DNA from: Malacoraja senta
Taxonomy: Eukaryota
DNA: 54,656 bases
Direction of reading: 5' to 3'
NCBI GenBank assembly: GCA_038087875.1
Contig: JAXLNO010000357.1
Location: 186,001-240,656, forward strand
Part shown: in pieces, positions 37,919 through 48,337 of the stretch
How the letters are laid out: the number at the start of each line of letters is the position of its first letter
Numbering within the stretch: position 1 is the stretch's first letter
Made by a program: the position numbers and the translations under genes
The notes under the pieces: generated by a model
Databases searched by the model: none
The model's input: only the letters and a program-made list of their open reading frames with translations
Told to the model about the DNA's origin: nothing

Positions 37919-38075
37919 GTTAGGCAGCGCTTGGAGATGTATGAGAACAGGAAAAAGTGCCTTTTCTTGATATTCCCTGCTCCTTGTGAAGGAACCTCTG
38001 CAACAGATGCATTGTCGCATTATTATTCATAAACATAGAGCATCTTGATGTTATTGGAGAAACATAGAGCTTCTT

Positions 38076-38208
38076 GTCTGACAAAGGGTCTGGACCCGAA
38101 ATGTCACCTATTCATTCTCTCCAGAGATGCTGCCTGTCCCTCTGAGTTACTCCAGCATTTTGTGCCTATCTTCGGTTAAAACCAGCATCTGCAGATCCTT
38201 CCTACACA
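38076..38208 (+). repeat. Penelope-type terminal repeat with hammerhead-like motif
   Basis: CTGACAA-AGGGTC-TG-GACCC-GAAAT-GTC. Confidence 0.6.
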
Positions 38209-38337
38209 TTGATCATAACCAGCCCTAGTAGAACAACTAAGGAAACACAATCTTCAAACTCATTAAGTTCTACTTGTTTGTTGTTATGCAGATGGTAACA
38301 AGTTTAAGTTGATGTGCCTTTTCTGTTTATATTCAAG

Positions 38338-38422
38338 CTAAGTGTTGAATGCACAGCTGGTCAGCAGTGTCCATTTACCAACTTGACTGTCACTAACTGT
38401 CCATCTGGTTATTATAGTCTAG
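38338..38422 (+). CDS. Cys-rich repeat gene exon M (phase 0 to 1)
   Basis: ttctgtttatattcaag|CTA...CTAG|gtaagt; LSVECTAGQQCPFTNLTVTNCPSGYYSL. Confidence 0.78.
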
Positions 38423-38730
38423 GTAAGTGCATGCAATGAGTGGTGATCAGTAACTAAAACTTGGCCAATGCGCCCTTCGCGCAGATTTACGTAAATCACA
38501 TATGCTGCAAATTTCAAAGCAATTGTTAGAGCAGGGTATTTCATTTATTGTTTCAACTATATCATGTTGCATACTCCTGGTTATACACTGAATACAGCGA
38601 AACTACAAGAATCCATTGTACTATACCATTATAATATTATAAATATCGATTGGCATCATGCTCATTGGGGACCTGTATTCCACAGTCCCTTAATGCTCAT
38701 TAAGGCAAGTCTAACACTCCCTTTAAGCAA

Positions 38731-38823
38731 TCTGAAGAAGGGTTTCGGCCCGAGACTTTGCCTATTTCCTTCGCTCCATAGATGCAGCTGCACCCGCTGA
38801 GTTTCTCCAGCATTTTTGTGTAA
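38731..38823 (+). repeat. Penelope-type terminal repeat, degenerate hammerhead motif
   Basis: CTGAAGA-AGGGTT-TC-GGCCC-GAGAC. Confidence 0.55.
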
Positions 38824-39723
38824 CTCCCTTTAAACATATCAGAACCCCTTTTCCAAGCATCCTTGCACACTTCAGGGCCTGGTTTCCATACTTTATAACA
38901 ACCGAGTCCCATACCTATTGCCACCTTTAAACTCTTAGCGTTCTGTTTCTCACACTCCATTAAATTCACCAGGGTCCCTATCCATGCTCTCTTTAAACCT
39001 ACTGGGACACTGCTCCCACATTTCTTTAATCTCCCTGGGGCCCAATTTCTGCTCTCCCTTTGAGGCCCTGTTTAAACACGGCACCTTAGGTTACACAATC
39101 TTCAACTCGTTATTTAACTTCTACTTGTTTGCTGTTTGCTACTAAGTTCATGTACCATTTCTGTTTATATTCAAGCAAAGTGTTCAATGCCCAGGTTCCC
39201 AAGTACCTTTAAACTCATTGGGTTTACTGGCATATTTTGTATGCCACAATGTACCATCTAAATAAAATTAATTAAAAGTGTGTCTAGAGTAATGGCCAAT
39301 GGTCCACAAATTCAGGAAGTTGGCACCAGCAAAGTACCAAAGTTGCCAGATTATAAGAGTTTTACTGTAGATATTATCTTTTGGTACTCTAAAATTAATT
39401 GAGCACCTTAAAAGTGATTGCAGTAGCTGGTTCACAAGATGGTATCTCATATCACCAGCCATCCCCTTTTGTTGCCCATCATTTACCTTTCATTCTTTGG
39501 ATTGGAGATAAATACAAGTGGTATTCAAGCTTTGCATTTTAATTACCTGAAATAAAGTGGGAAAGTGGCAAACAATCAGTTTTATCAGATGTGTGGCTTC
39601 CTTCAAACTACGTAATCGAAAATGAAGAGATCTTGGAGGCTACTGGAAATGTCTTTACTTATCAACATAACAGCAAAATGCTTCTCATAATCTCCAGGTA
39701 ACGTATGTTTAACTCTCCTGCAG

Positions 39724-39912
39724 ATGAAGAAGTTGCTTGTAAACACTGCCCAGCTGGATTTTTCTGCCCTTGGCCCAACCAGCTACCACAGCTCTGTCCA
39801 GTTGGCTCCTACAGCAGTCGTGGGGCATCTTTTTGCTCTCCATGTGCACTTGGTTATATCTGCCCTGAAGGCAGTAACAGTTCAACACCTGAAGACAAGC
39901 AATGTCCGTTAG
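39724..39912 (+). CDS. Cys-rich repeat gene exon N (phase 1 to 1)
   Basis: ctcctgcag|AT...TTAG|gtaagg; (D)EEVACKHCPAGFFCPWPNQLPQLCPVGSYSSRGASFCSPCALGYICPEGSNSSTPEDKQCPL. Confidence 0.88.
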   Translation: MKKLLVNTAQLDFSALGPTSYHSSVQLAPTAVVGHLFALHVHLVISALKAVTVQHLKTSNVR

Positions 39913-40709
39913 GTAAGGTTCATTTCAGGTAACTCGTTGGTCAATTTATAAACTGTCTGCATGCTAACAAGGCAAAGCCAGGCATATCCAAACATGTAAG
40001 CAATAGCAAATGTCCTTCTTTAGTAAGAGCACCGAGTGTGCTCTGGGTGGTGAACTTTGGTTCTTATCACCTAGAATGGCTTAGTGGCTCCACTACTCAC
40101 TGAAATGGTCAGGTTCTAAAGGAAGTGGGTGCCAAAGTTGGTCTGCAGCAGGGACCTAGTTAATTAAAGTACAACATCAACCTATCTGGCCTTGTTATCA
40201 CCAACACAGATGTTGCAGAAGCATCTGCCCATGACAATCGTGGTAGGAATGTTCATTGCACAATCTTCAAGACTGTCTTCACGTGTTATTCATGAACTTG
40301 CATATAGCATTGCTCTTGTGTGAAGCAGGGTAGGACAGATCGAGCACTCAAAGCTAAATATCCACAGGACATGGAGGCTAATACCAACAGGAGAATTACA
40401 CTCAATTCAATCTATCAACTCTCAGGCTCTTGAACCATTTTGCACGATCCTAACCAAAACCCTTTCTCAACACTAAACTGCTATTGATTTTGCACTATTT
40501 AGGTTGCACTATGTACTACTATGGTCTCATTTACCTAGTAGGATTGATGATTGACCGTATTTGTTGTGTTGTTGCATTAATGTACCTGTTAAGCTGCAAC
40601 AAGTAAGAATTTCATTGCTCCAGTCCTGGTTCATATGACAATTAAATACTCTGGAGGCCTGAATAAAGCAAGCTTTTCCAAAGAGAGATTGAGTAAAGTC
40701 AGAGACAAT

Positions 40710-40804
40710 CTGAAGAAGGGTCCTGACAGGAAACGTCACCTGTCCTTTTTCTCCATAGATGCTGTCTGACCAGCAGAATGACTCCAGCACTTTGTGTCTA
40801 TCTT
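40710..40804 (+). ncRNA. Penelope-type terminal repeat with intact hammerhead core boxes
   Basis: CTGAAGA (40710-40716)-AGGGTCCTGACAG-GAAAC (40730-40734)-GTC. Confidence 0.5.
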
Positions 40805-40829
40805 GACTAAAGATATTATGTTTTATTTT

Positions 40830-41510
40830 TAAAACAGTACTTCAAGAAGTGATGAAAGAATAGAGAGATCTCAGTGTACACATGCATACTTCATTGAAAC
40901 TGAGCGCTAGTTGAGAAAGTAACCAATTAAGGATAAGACATGCTGGGCTTTATAAACAAAGACAAAAGTACAAGAGCAAGGAAATTCACTTGGATTTTTA
41001 CAAAGCACAGTATTGGCCACAACTGGGAAATTGGGTCCAATTAAGGGTTCTACATTGAGGAAAAAAGTAAAGGTCTTTCATTCAGCACTGAAAAGGTGCA
41101 CTGGAATGATTTCCAGAAGCGATGGACCCCTAATGGGTGAATACATTGGAGAATCTGGGGCCCTTGGAATGAGAATCCTTAAGGACAACTAATAGAGGTA
41201 TTTGAAATCATGACATCAATAGACAGAGTCTGGGCATTACAGAGAATCTGTCCCTGCTGTGGGAAGTGTTAATAGCCTGTCCATGTAGAATGAGGATAAA
41301 TGACACAAGAACAAAGTTACACAAGGTAAAAAATTAGCATTGGAATGCACCGCTAGTTTAAATTGTCTAAAGGTTCGCTGCTGAATGGACAACATTTGCA
41401 GCATATGGGGAGAGGGTGGGGAGTAGGACTAGATGTGTGTTTTTTATCAAGGGCTAGCATGGACACAACACTTCGAACAGCCTTTTCCTATGCTGTAACC
41501 ATTCTGATTC
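40830..41510 (+). mobile_element. Highly degraded CR1 fragment
   Basis: GAGAGATCTCAGTGTACA...GGCCACAACTGG...TTGGGTCCA remnants. Confidence 0.55.
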
Positions 41511-42037
41511 TGCCTGTTATATAGGATGGGGCGGGGGAGTTATGACTTCATATCAGACATTGCTTCCAAACTAAATTTAGATAATAATGAGAAATGGTGC
41601 TACTTTGAGACACCATCTGTGGTACTCTCACTGAATTGGTTAGTACATTGACTTTGAAATGGTATGATTTCATCTGCAAGTCACACCATTTTATTTGCAG
41701 CTTTGAGAAAGTAAAGGCACTCGGTTATTACATTTGTTTATTGGAAAGAACTAATTTGAGTCTTAATGAGGGAGGTGGTGTGTTTGCTCAGGATGTACAT
41801 CAACCTAATGATGCTTTGGAATGAGACAAAGCTACCAGGTGCTAAAGCAGATGGTGTGTGCTGAAATTCAAGGTAAAGAAGTTTTTTTTCTGCAGTAGTC
41901 TTTGTGTTTATTTTTTTATTATTGCAACTAATGTTTGAGAAGAGGATGAAGGAATCTTTGAACGTTTTATGCTTCATGACTCTCCCCTCTCCCTCCCATG
42001 TACATCTGAGAATCACTGGTTGTCCTTTTACCATCCT

Positions 42038-45000
42038 TGTAACTGTCCTCCCTACGTGATTGTTAACAGTAGAACGTAGATTGACAGCCAGCCAAACTCG
42101 ATTCAATAATCAAACGCGAGTCAGGAAGTTAGCATCTCAGTTTAATGATTTTCCAGTGTGGTCACATTCTTAATATTGAAAACCGAGTGAAAACCATAAA
42201 GGAGAAGAAATATACACAAATTACTCTCCTTTACAGAAATATACAATTCTTCTAAACAGTGGAACATATATGGCAAATATATAATAAACAATATACTTAA
42301 ATTCATCTAATGCCACTGCAAATCCTATTCCTTGTAATGTTAATGATGCTACAAAATGGCCGCCTGCTAACAATCTGAACATTCACAAATGCTATGAAGT
42401 TAATGAAATGAGCTAAACATCATCTGCCATAAATACTCTCCAATATAGCATTCCAAGCATACAGTGAACAATATGAACTTACAGCCATTGCTTTTTTAAT
42501 CGTAACAAGCTAGGATAGGGAAGGATTGCTTCTGATGTTAAACATGACAGAAAAACAAAGACGGGAGACTACTTCCTGCTTCCTACTTCATGTGTGCAAC
42601 TGACTTTTCACAATAAAGGTCCAACAGATGGCGCTATTGCACATAAATTCAAGCAGAGGACAGAATACTCCCCGCCTGACATCGATAGATGCCACTACTA
42701 ACATCAGCTAAAGTAACCTCAGGATCCTTGTCTCTCAGGAAGGAGAAGAATGACCTGAGACAGATCTCATGTAGCTCTTAGAGATGCCTTAAGAAGCTGT
42801 CCTGACCTCTATCTTCCGCACTTTGCCATCACTGCTTGGGAAAACAGAGGTAACTAATCCCATAGGCCATTCGTTACGGGACAGCTGGCTGTCTTTCAAA
42901 AGCACAATGTCTCCAGTTTGCAGATCTCTGCGTGTCTCATTCCATTTACGTCTGCTCTGCAGAGTTGGCAAGTACTCCCATCTCCAGCGAACCCAGAACT
43001 CATTGGCCAAGGTTTGTACCTGCCTCCATTGGCTCTTGAAGAGGTCTTCCCCTGTGAAATAGCTTGGAGGAGCTGGTACGCCGGACTTCTGGGTAAGCAG
43101 CATTGCAGGAGTTAGGAGGAATGGTGAGTCTGGATCAGAAGAGATTGGCACTAATGGTCTAGCATTGATGATTGCTGATACTTCAGCCATGAGGGTACAA
43201 AGGACTTCGTGAGTGAGGTGGAGTGACTTCCGCTGTAGCAACATGGAGTCCAGGATTCTGCGTGAGACGCTAATGAAACGTTCCCAGGCCCCTCCCATGT
43301 GTGAAGCGTGAGGGGCGTTGAACTCCCATGTACATCCCTGCTGACTTAAGTACCTGTGGATATTTGTCTGCTCGCTAGAGTCCTTGTCCATCTTCAGCTC
43401 TCTACTTGCCCCGATGAAATTTGTTCCGTTGTCGGATCTAAGCTGGTCCACGGATGGCGAAGAACCGGCAGAGGGCGTTAATACAACTAGAAGTGTCCAT
43501 GGACTCTATCACTTCAATATGTACTGCTCGGGTACTCATGCATGTAAAGAGAATCGCCCAACGCTTGCTTTGAGCTGCACCTCCTCTTGTTCGCCGAGTG
43601 ACCACTGTCCAAGGTCTGAATACATCCAAACCAACATATGTGAATGGAGGGGATATACTGAGGCGTTCCGGAGGGAGGTCAGCCATTCTCCATCTTACCC
43701 CTGAGCTTGCGACATGTGATGCAATCATGCAAAACGGAACTGATAAGTCGCTTGCCACTGACAATCCACAGACCTGCCGCTCTGATGGCTCCCTCTGTGA
43801 ACTGATGGCCCTGGTGCTTTACCTCTTTATGATGTTGCTGCACTAATAGCTTGGTGACGTGGCTTTGTTTCCCCAGGATGAGAGGACTCCTTTCGGCTTG
43901 GTCCAGAGGTGCATGAGTTAGGCGTCCACCGACTTTAAGGACACCATCCTGGATCACTGGATTCAACTTCACAAGTGGACTGGATCGAGGGAGTTCTCTG
44001 TTCCCTGTGAGTTTACTGAACTCCTCAGCATAGGTCTCTTTCTGTGCAGACTTGATGATGATATTTCTAGCGGCAGACAACTCCTCCGGAGTGCGAGGCT
44101 TGTCACACCAATGCCAACTTTTGCATTTATCAGAGGCACTGGAGGAGCCCGACCTGAAGGTTCGAGCCACATGAATGAGGAGTGCCACAGCACTGAGAAG
44201 AGAATTCCAGGTGGAGAAACGCTGGGAGGTAGGTTGTCTCTGCATTGTTTGAGTAATGAGACGTGACTTGTGGACGGATTTCGACATCTAGCTCTGGATC
44301 AATCAACTGAAAGGACTCTCGCACTTCAAGAGAACATTCTGGCGGTATGTAGAAATGCAGGTCCAGTAAACCATGAAGTGTTGGCAAGCTGTGATGCAGA
44401 CACTGACCTTGTTGCAAGATCCACTGGATTTTGATCTGTCGGCACATAGTGCCACTGTTCCGGGCGTGTAGTCTGTCGAATGCGCCTGACCCTGTTATGT
44501 ACATAGACAAAGAAACGTCTGCTGTCATTGAAGATGTACCCCAGGACTACCTTGCTATCACAGTAGAACTTGACTGCTTCAGGTTTGAGGTCAATCTCAT
44601 CCAGTATCAGGTCCGCCATCTCCACTGCCAGTACCGCTCCACAGAGTTCAAGCCTAGGTGTCGTAGGTTCCGGTTGAGGAGTCAACTTAGCTTTCCCTAG
44701 GACAAATCCTACATGGCATTGCCCTTCTTTGGAGATTACTCTAAGATAGGCTCCGGCACCGATGGCTGTGTTGGAAGCATCAGAGAAGAGGCACAACTCT
44801 GTGTGTTTAGCACTAAGAAGAGAGTGGGGGGAGTATGTGCATGAGATGTGAAGATTCTTCAAGTCTCGAAGCATTAGCTCTCCACGTTTTGCACTCCTCT
44901 AGCTTTTTCTCTGGAAGTGGTGTGTCCCAGTCACAACTGTCAATGGTGGAGAATTCACGTAGTAGTGCCCTTGCTCGCTTGGTCACTGGTGCCACCAAAC

Positions 45001-46256
45001 CGAGGGGGTCAAAAAGGCTGTTCACTGTGGCCAAAACTCCACGTCGAGTGAATGGTTTTTCTTCTGCAGAGACTTGGAAGGTGAATGTGTCAGACTCCAT
45101 TTCCCAGTACAGTCCGAGGCTTCTTTGCATTGGTAAAGCTTCATCAGTCAAGGAAAGATCCTTTATGCCTTTTGCCAGGTCTTCAACGGGGAAGGCTTTC
45201 ATGACTGCAGCACTGTTTGAAGCGATTTTGTGCAGCTTCAGGTTTGACTGAGCAAGACATGCTTGAGCTCGTTTCAGCAGATCGATGGCCTTGGACTCTG
45301 TGGGCAAAGAGATGAGCCCATCATCTACGTAAAAATGTCTCTCCACAAAGCGACGTGTATCGGATCCGTACTCATTCTCACCTTCCTGAGCAGCACGTCT
45401 TAGCCCATAGATTGCGATGGCAGGAGAGGGACTGTTCCCAAAGACATGCACACGCATCCGATATTCAACAATGTCCTTTGACATATCGTTGTCCCTGTGC
45501 CATAAAAACCTTAGGTAATTCCTGTGGTCTTTTCTCACCACAAAACAACAGAACATCTGCTGAATGTCGGCTGTTATGGCTACAGGTTCCTTTCGGAAGC
45601 AGATCAGCACTCCAAGGAGGGAGTTATTCATATCTGGGCCGGTAAGCAGAACGTTGTTGAGGGACATTCCACCATACTGCACACTGGAGTCGAAGACCAC
45701 CCTGATCTCGTCTGGTTTCTGAGGGTGGTAAACTCCAAAGATTGGCAGATACCAGCATTCCTCTCCAACTTTCAGTGGGGGTGCTTGTTAAGCGTGGTTG
45801 TTCTCAAACCAATATAAAGTCCCCCTATCTAAGAAAAACATCCACTAAAACTCATTCATACCCATTGCCATAAACAGCTTAAATAAAAAATGAACAATGG
45901 ACAAATTAACCCTGCCGCACTGTCACTTTACACGTATCCACAACTTTCATCTTGTCTATTTTTACAGTTTTTAATCCTTATACTTGCTTTTAAGATCTAT
46001 ACACACGGTGTGTGCTCACAGAAATCTGTGTTGTATGACTGCTTATCAGTACATTGTCCTGTTTGTATGTTGAGCCACGCCAAAGAAGATTTTCTGTTAC
46101 GACAGACAATAAAGTTTTCTGAATCTGAATCTGAATCTGAAACACCTTTCCCAGGAAGGCAATGAACTGCTCTTTCATTGCAGGCCTTTTGCTCAAGGTG
46201 CGCTGTAAAGAGGCAAGACGAGAGAGGGCCTGATCCCTATTATTAGGAAGAGGAAA
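42038..46256 (-). mobile_element. BEL/Pao LTR retrotransposon, 3' half (RT, RNase H/Peptidase_A17-like region, integrase), frameshifted; 3' LTR 42038-42667
   Basis: LPNNRDQA, VFDSS, DIQQMF, FGNSPSP, FYVDD, FDPLG, FSDAS, PRLELCGA, SDNGTNF, GGAWER; PPT CAGGCGGGGAG at 42668-42678; LTR ends ACAGTTACA. Confidence 0.92.
45809..46141 (+). mobile_element. Rex1/Babar 3' tail fragment inserted into BEL pol
   Basis: SFIPIAINSLN C-terminus, AATAAA, (TCTGAA)n tail; BEL frame LGKVF|ENNHA rejoins across it. Confidence 0.8.
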
Positions 46257-46858
46257 AGGCCTGTCTCACGAATCTGCGGTCATTGGCGGCGAAACGGGAA
46301 GAATCTGCCGCCATAGACCGCGCACTCGTGAGAAAGAACAATTCCCGGGCCGTGCGACGGAGTTCCCAACACCGCGCGGTGCAAAAATAAAATCGACAAT
46401 GTCGAAAACACTATACTCACCGCACAACCTCCACCAGTGATGCACGAGTGCGCACGGCCGCTCGCACGGGCCGCCGCCAGTGTGGGTCGAGCGCCGTGCG
46501 TCAAACCTCCTCTGCCACAGCCTCCGCCAGTGACGCACGTGCCGCCGCCAGCGAGGCACGTGTGCTGCGCGGCCGCAGGCACAGCCACCGCTACAGCGCC
46601 GCGATCAGGATGGCTGCCGCCACAGCCGCCGCTGGTGAGTCACGTGCGGGGGGCCGACGTCATCGCAGTCGGCCCGCCCTTTTTTTACTTACCGCAAGCA
46701 CATGGGACCCGCCGTGTTTGAATTAACTCGGCCCCCGCGCAACATCCGTGCGGCGCTCCGGTGGATAGGCTCGACGCTCTCGCCGTTGCCGCGCGGTCCT
46801 CGCTACCGTCTACACCGCGCTTCACCGCCGATGACCGCAAACAGGTAAGACACGGCCT
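46257..46858. mobile_element. GC-rich Harbinger-like MITE
   Basis: Imperfect TIRs AGGCCTGTCTCAC...TGCGGTCATTGGCGGCGAA / TTCACCGCCGATGACCGCA...GTAAGACACGGCCT; TAA right flank. Confidence 0.7.
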
Positions 46859-46919
46859 TAAGTATGGGTACTCTGAAAGGTAGAGGCGCCACCTAGCTGT
46901 TGGCGTCATCTTTATGTCT

Positions 46920-48337
46920 ACTCAAGATGGCCGCGCCGTTGTGTTTGGCTGCCCGTCGTCTCCAGCCTGAACAAAGACCCATTCAAGTTAATCTCTACCG
47001 TTCGTATGGTCTGCAGTCAAAGCTGGTGTACGAACAGCAAGCACTATTGAATATACAAGCCTAGGCCATTGAGGTCTTCACCCGAGGCCCCGCACCAAGC
47101 CCTGGACGATGCCCCGCACCGAGCCGAGCCTCTGTCGTCGAGACCATGGCCCCGGACTAGACCTCCAACAGAGCCCCGGACTGGGCCTCCGACAGAGCCC
47201 CGGACTGGGCCTCCGACAGAGCCCCGGACAGGACCCTGGACTAGACCTCCGACAGAGCCCCAGACAAGACCCCGGACTGGGCCTCCGACACAGCCCCGGA
47301 CTGAGCCCCCAACTGAGCCCCGGACTGAGCCCCCGACTGAACCCCCGACAAACCCCCGGACAAGGCTTCCCTTACCGTTCGCTCCTCGCTCGGCTCCCGA
47401 TGGATGTATGGGCTCGGCCTTGCGGCAGCCGCTGCACGCGCCGAACCTGGAGGCAGAGTAAACGCGTGGGTGCCCTGGTAAGGCTGAAGAACCTCGCCCG
47501 CACCCGTTTAACATCAACTTACCCCGCCCAGCGCGGTGAGGATGGACCTGGTCGGCCCTACCGCTCCATCCATCGGCGGTCCCTTGAGCCTAGGTATGTT
47601 TTTCTCCGGTCGATCCTCCTGGCCCGCGGGCTCCAAGACAAGCGCAGCGGCGTGGTCTCCCTGAACCTCCGCCCGCTGGCGTGGGAGCCGCTACCAGCCC
47701 TCAACTCACCTGCAGTCCCTGCAAAAGTGGCCCTGATCAACGCGAGATCAGTGCTGAATAAAACCTTCGTCCTCAATGACTTCTTCACCGCACGTGGATT
47801 GGACTTCCTACTGATCACTGAAACCTGGCTTAATCCTGGTGAGCTTGCTCCACTCGTGGAACTCTGCCCTGATACCTGTAACTTTTTCAGCTCGCCTAGG
47901 CTCTCAGGTCATGGCGGGGCCTAGCCACTGTGTTTAAGAAGCATTTCAACTGCCGCCTTCTGAACGCTGATCACGTCTCCAGTTTTGAACATCAACTAAT
48001 CATAGTTGGTCTAATCTGTCCGCTTTTAATTGTGCTTGTGTATCGCCCACCAAAGATGCATAAGGACTTTATCTCACAATTTGGTGAACTTATCGCTAGC
48101 TTGTTGCCCAAATTTGACCGGGTCCTGATTCTTGGTGACTTTAACATTCATGTCTGCTGTCCCACGAAGCCTCTTGTTAGTGAATTTATGAACCTGGTTG
48201 AGTCCTTCAATCTGTCTCTACTCACCACTGGACCCACGCACAAGCTTGGTCATAACCTAGACCTAGTGCTTTCGTCTGGTCTCCCAATTTGTAACACAGA
48301 TATTATTGATGCCTGCCTGTCTGATCATAGTGCTATT
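46920..48337 (+). mobile_element. 5' part of an L2/CR1-group LINE (APE endonuclease), cut off at the DIRS element
   Basis: AAGATGGCCGCG head; INARSVLNK, ITETWL, YRPPK, LGDFNIH, PTHKLGHNLDLV, SDH. Confidence 0.85.
47149..47362 (+). repeat. 12/24-bp GC-rich minisatellite inside the LINE N-terminal region
   Basis: GAGCCCCGGACTGGGCCTCCGACA units. Confidence 0.9.

Larger units (their letters stand above)
1545..39912 (+). other. Multi-exon gene (internal part) for a large Cys-rich repeat protein (GCC2_GCC3/Ephrin_rec_like repeats); possibly pseudogenised or with a dead cassette exon
   Basis: 13-14 exons with AG/GT boundaries and consistent phases, about 2.0 kb of coding sequence, repeating CxxCPxG(F/Y)xC and CPxGx(Y/F)S motifs; no start exon or normal terminal exon visible. 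Confidence 0.88.

Noticed and set aside
41525..41872. Possible next exon after N
   Set aside because: No stop-free phase-1 frame with the Cys-repeat pattern was found.
46266..46909. Overlapping GC-rich ORFs or CpG-island promoter
   Set aside because: The segment is bounded by MITE TIRs; the open frames reflect high GC content.
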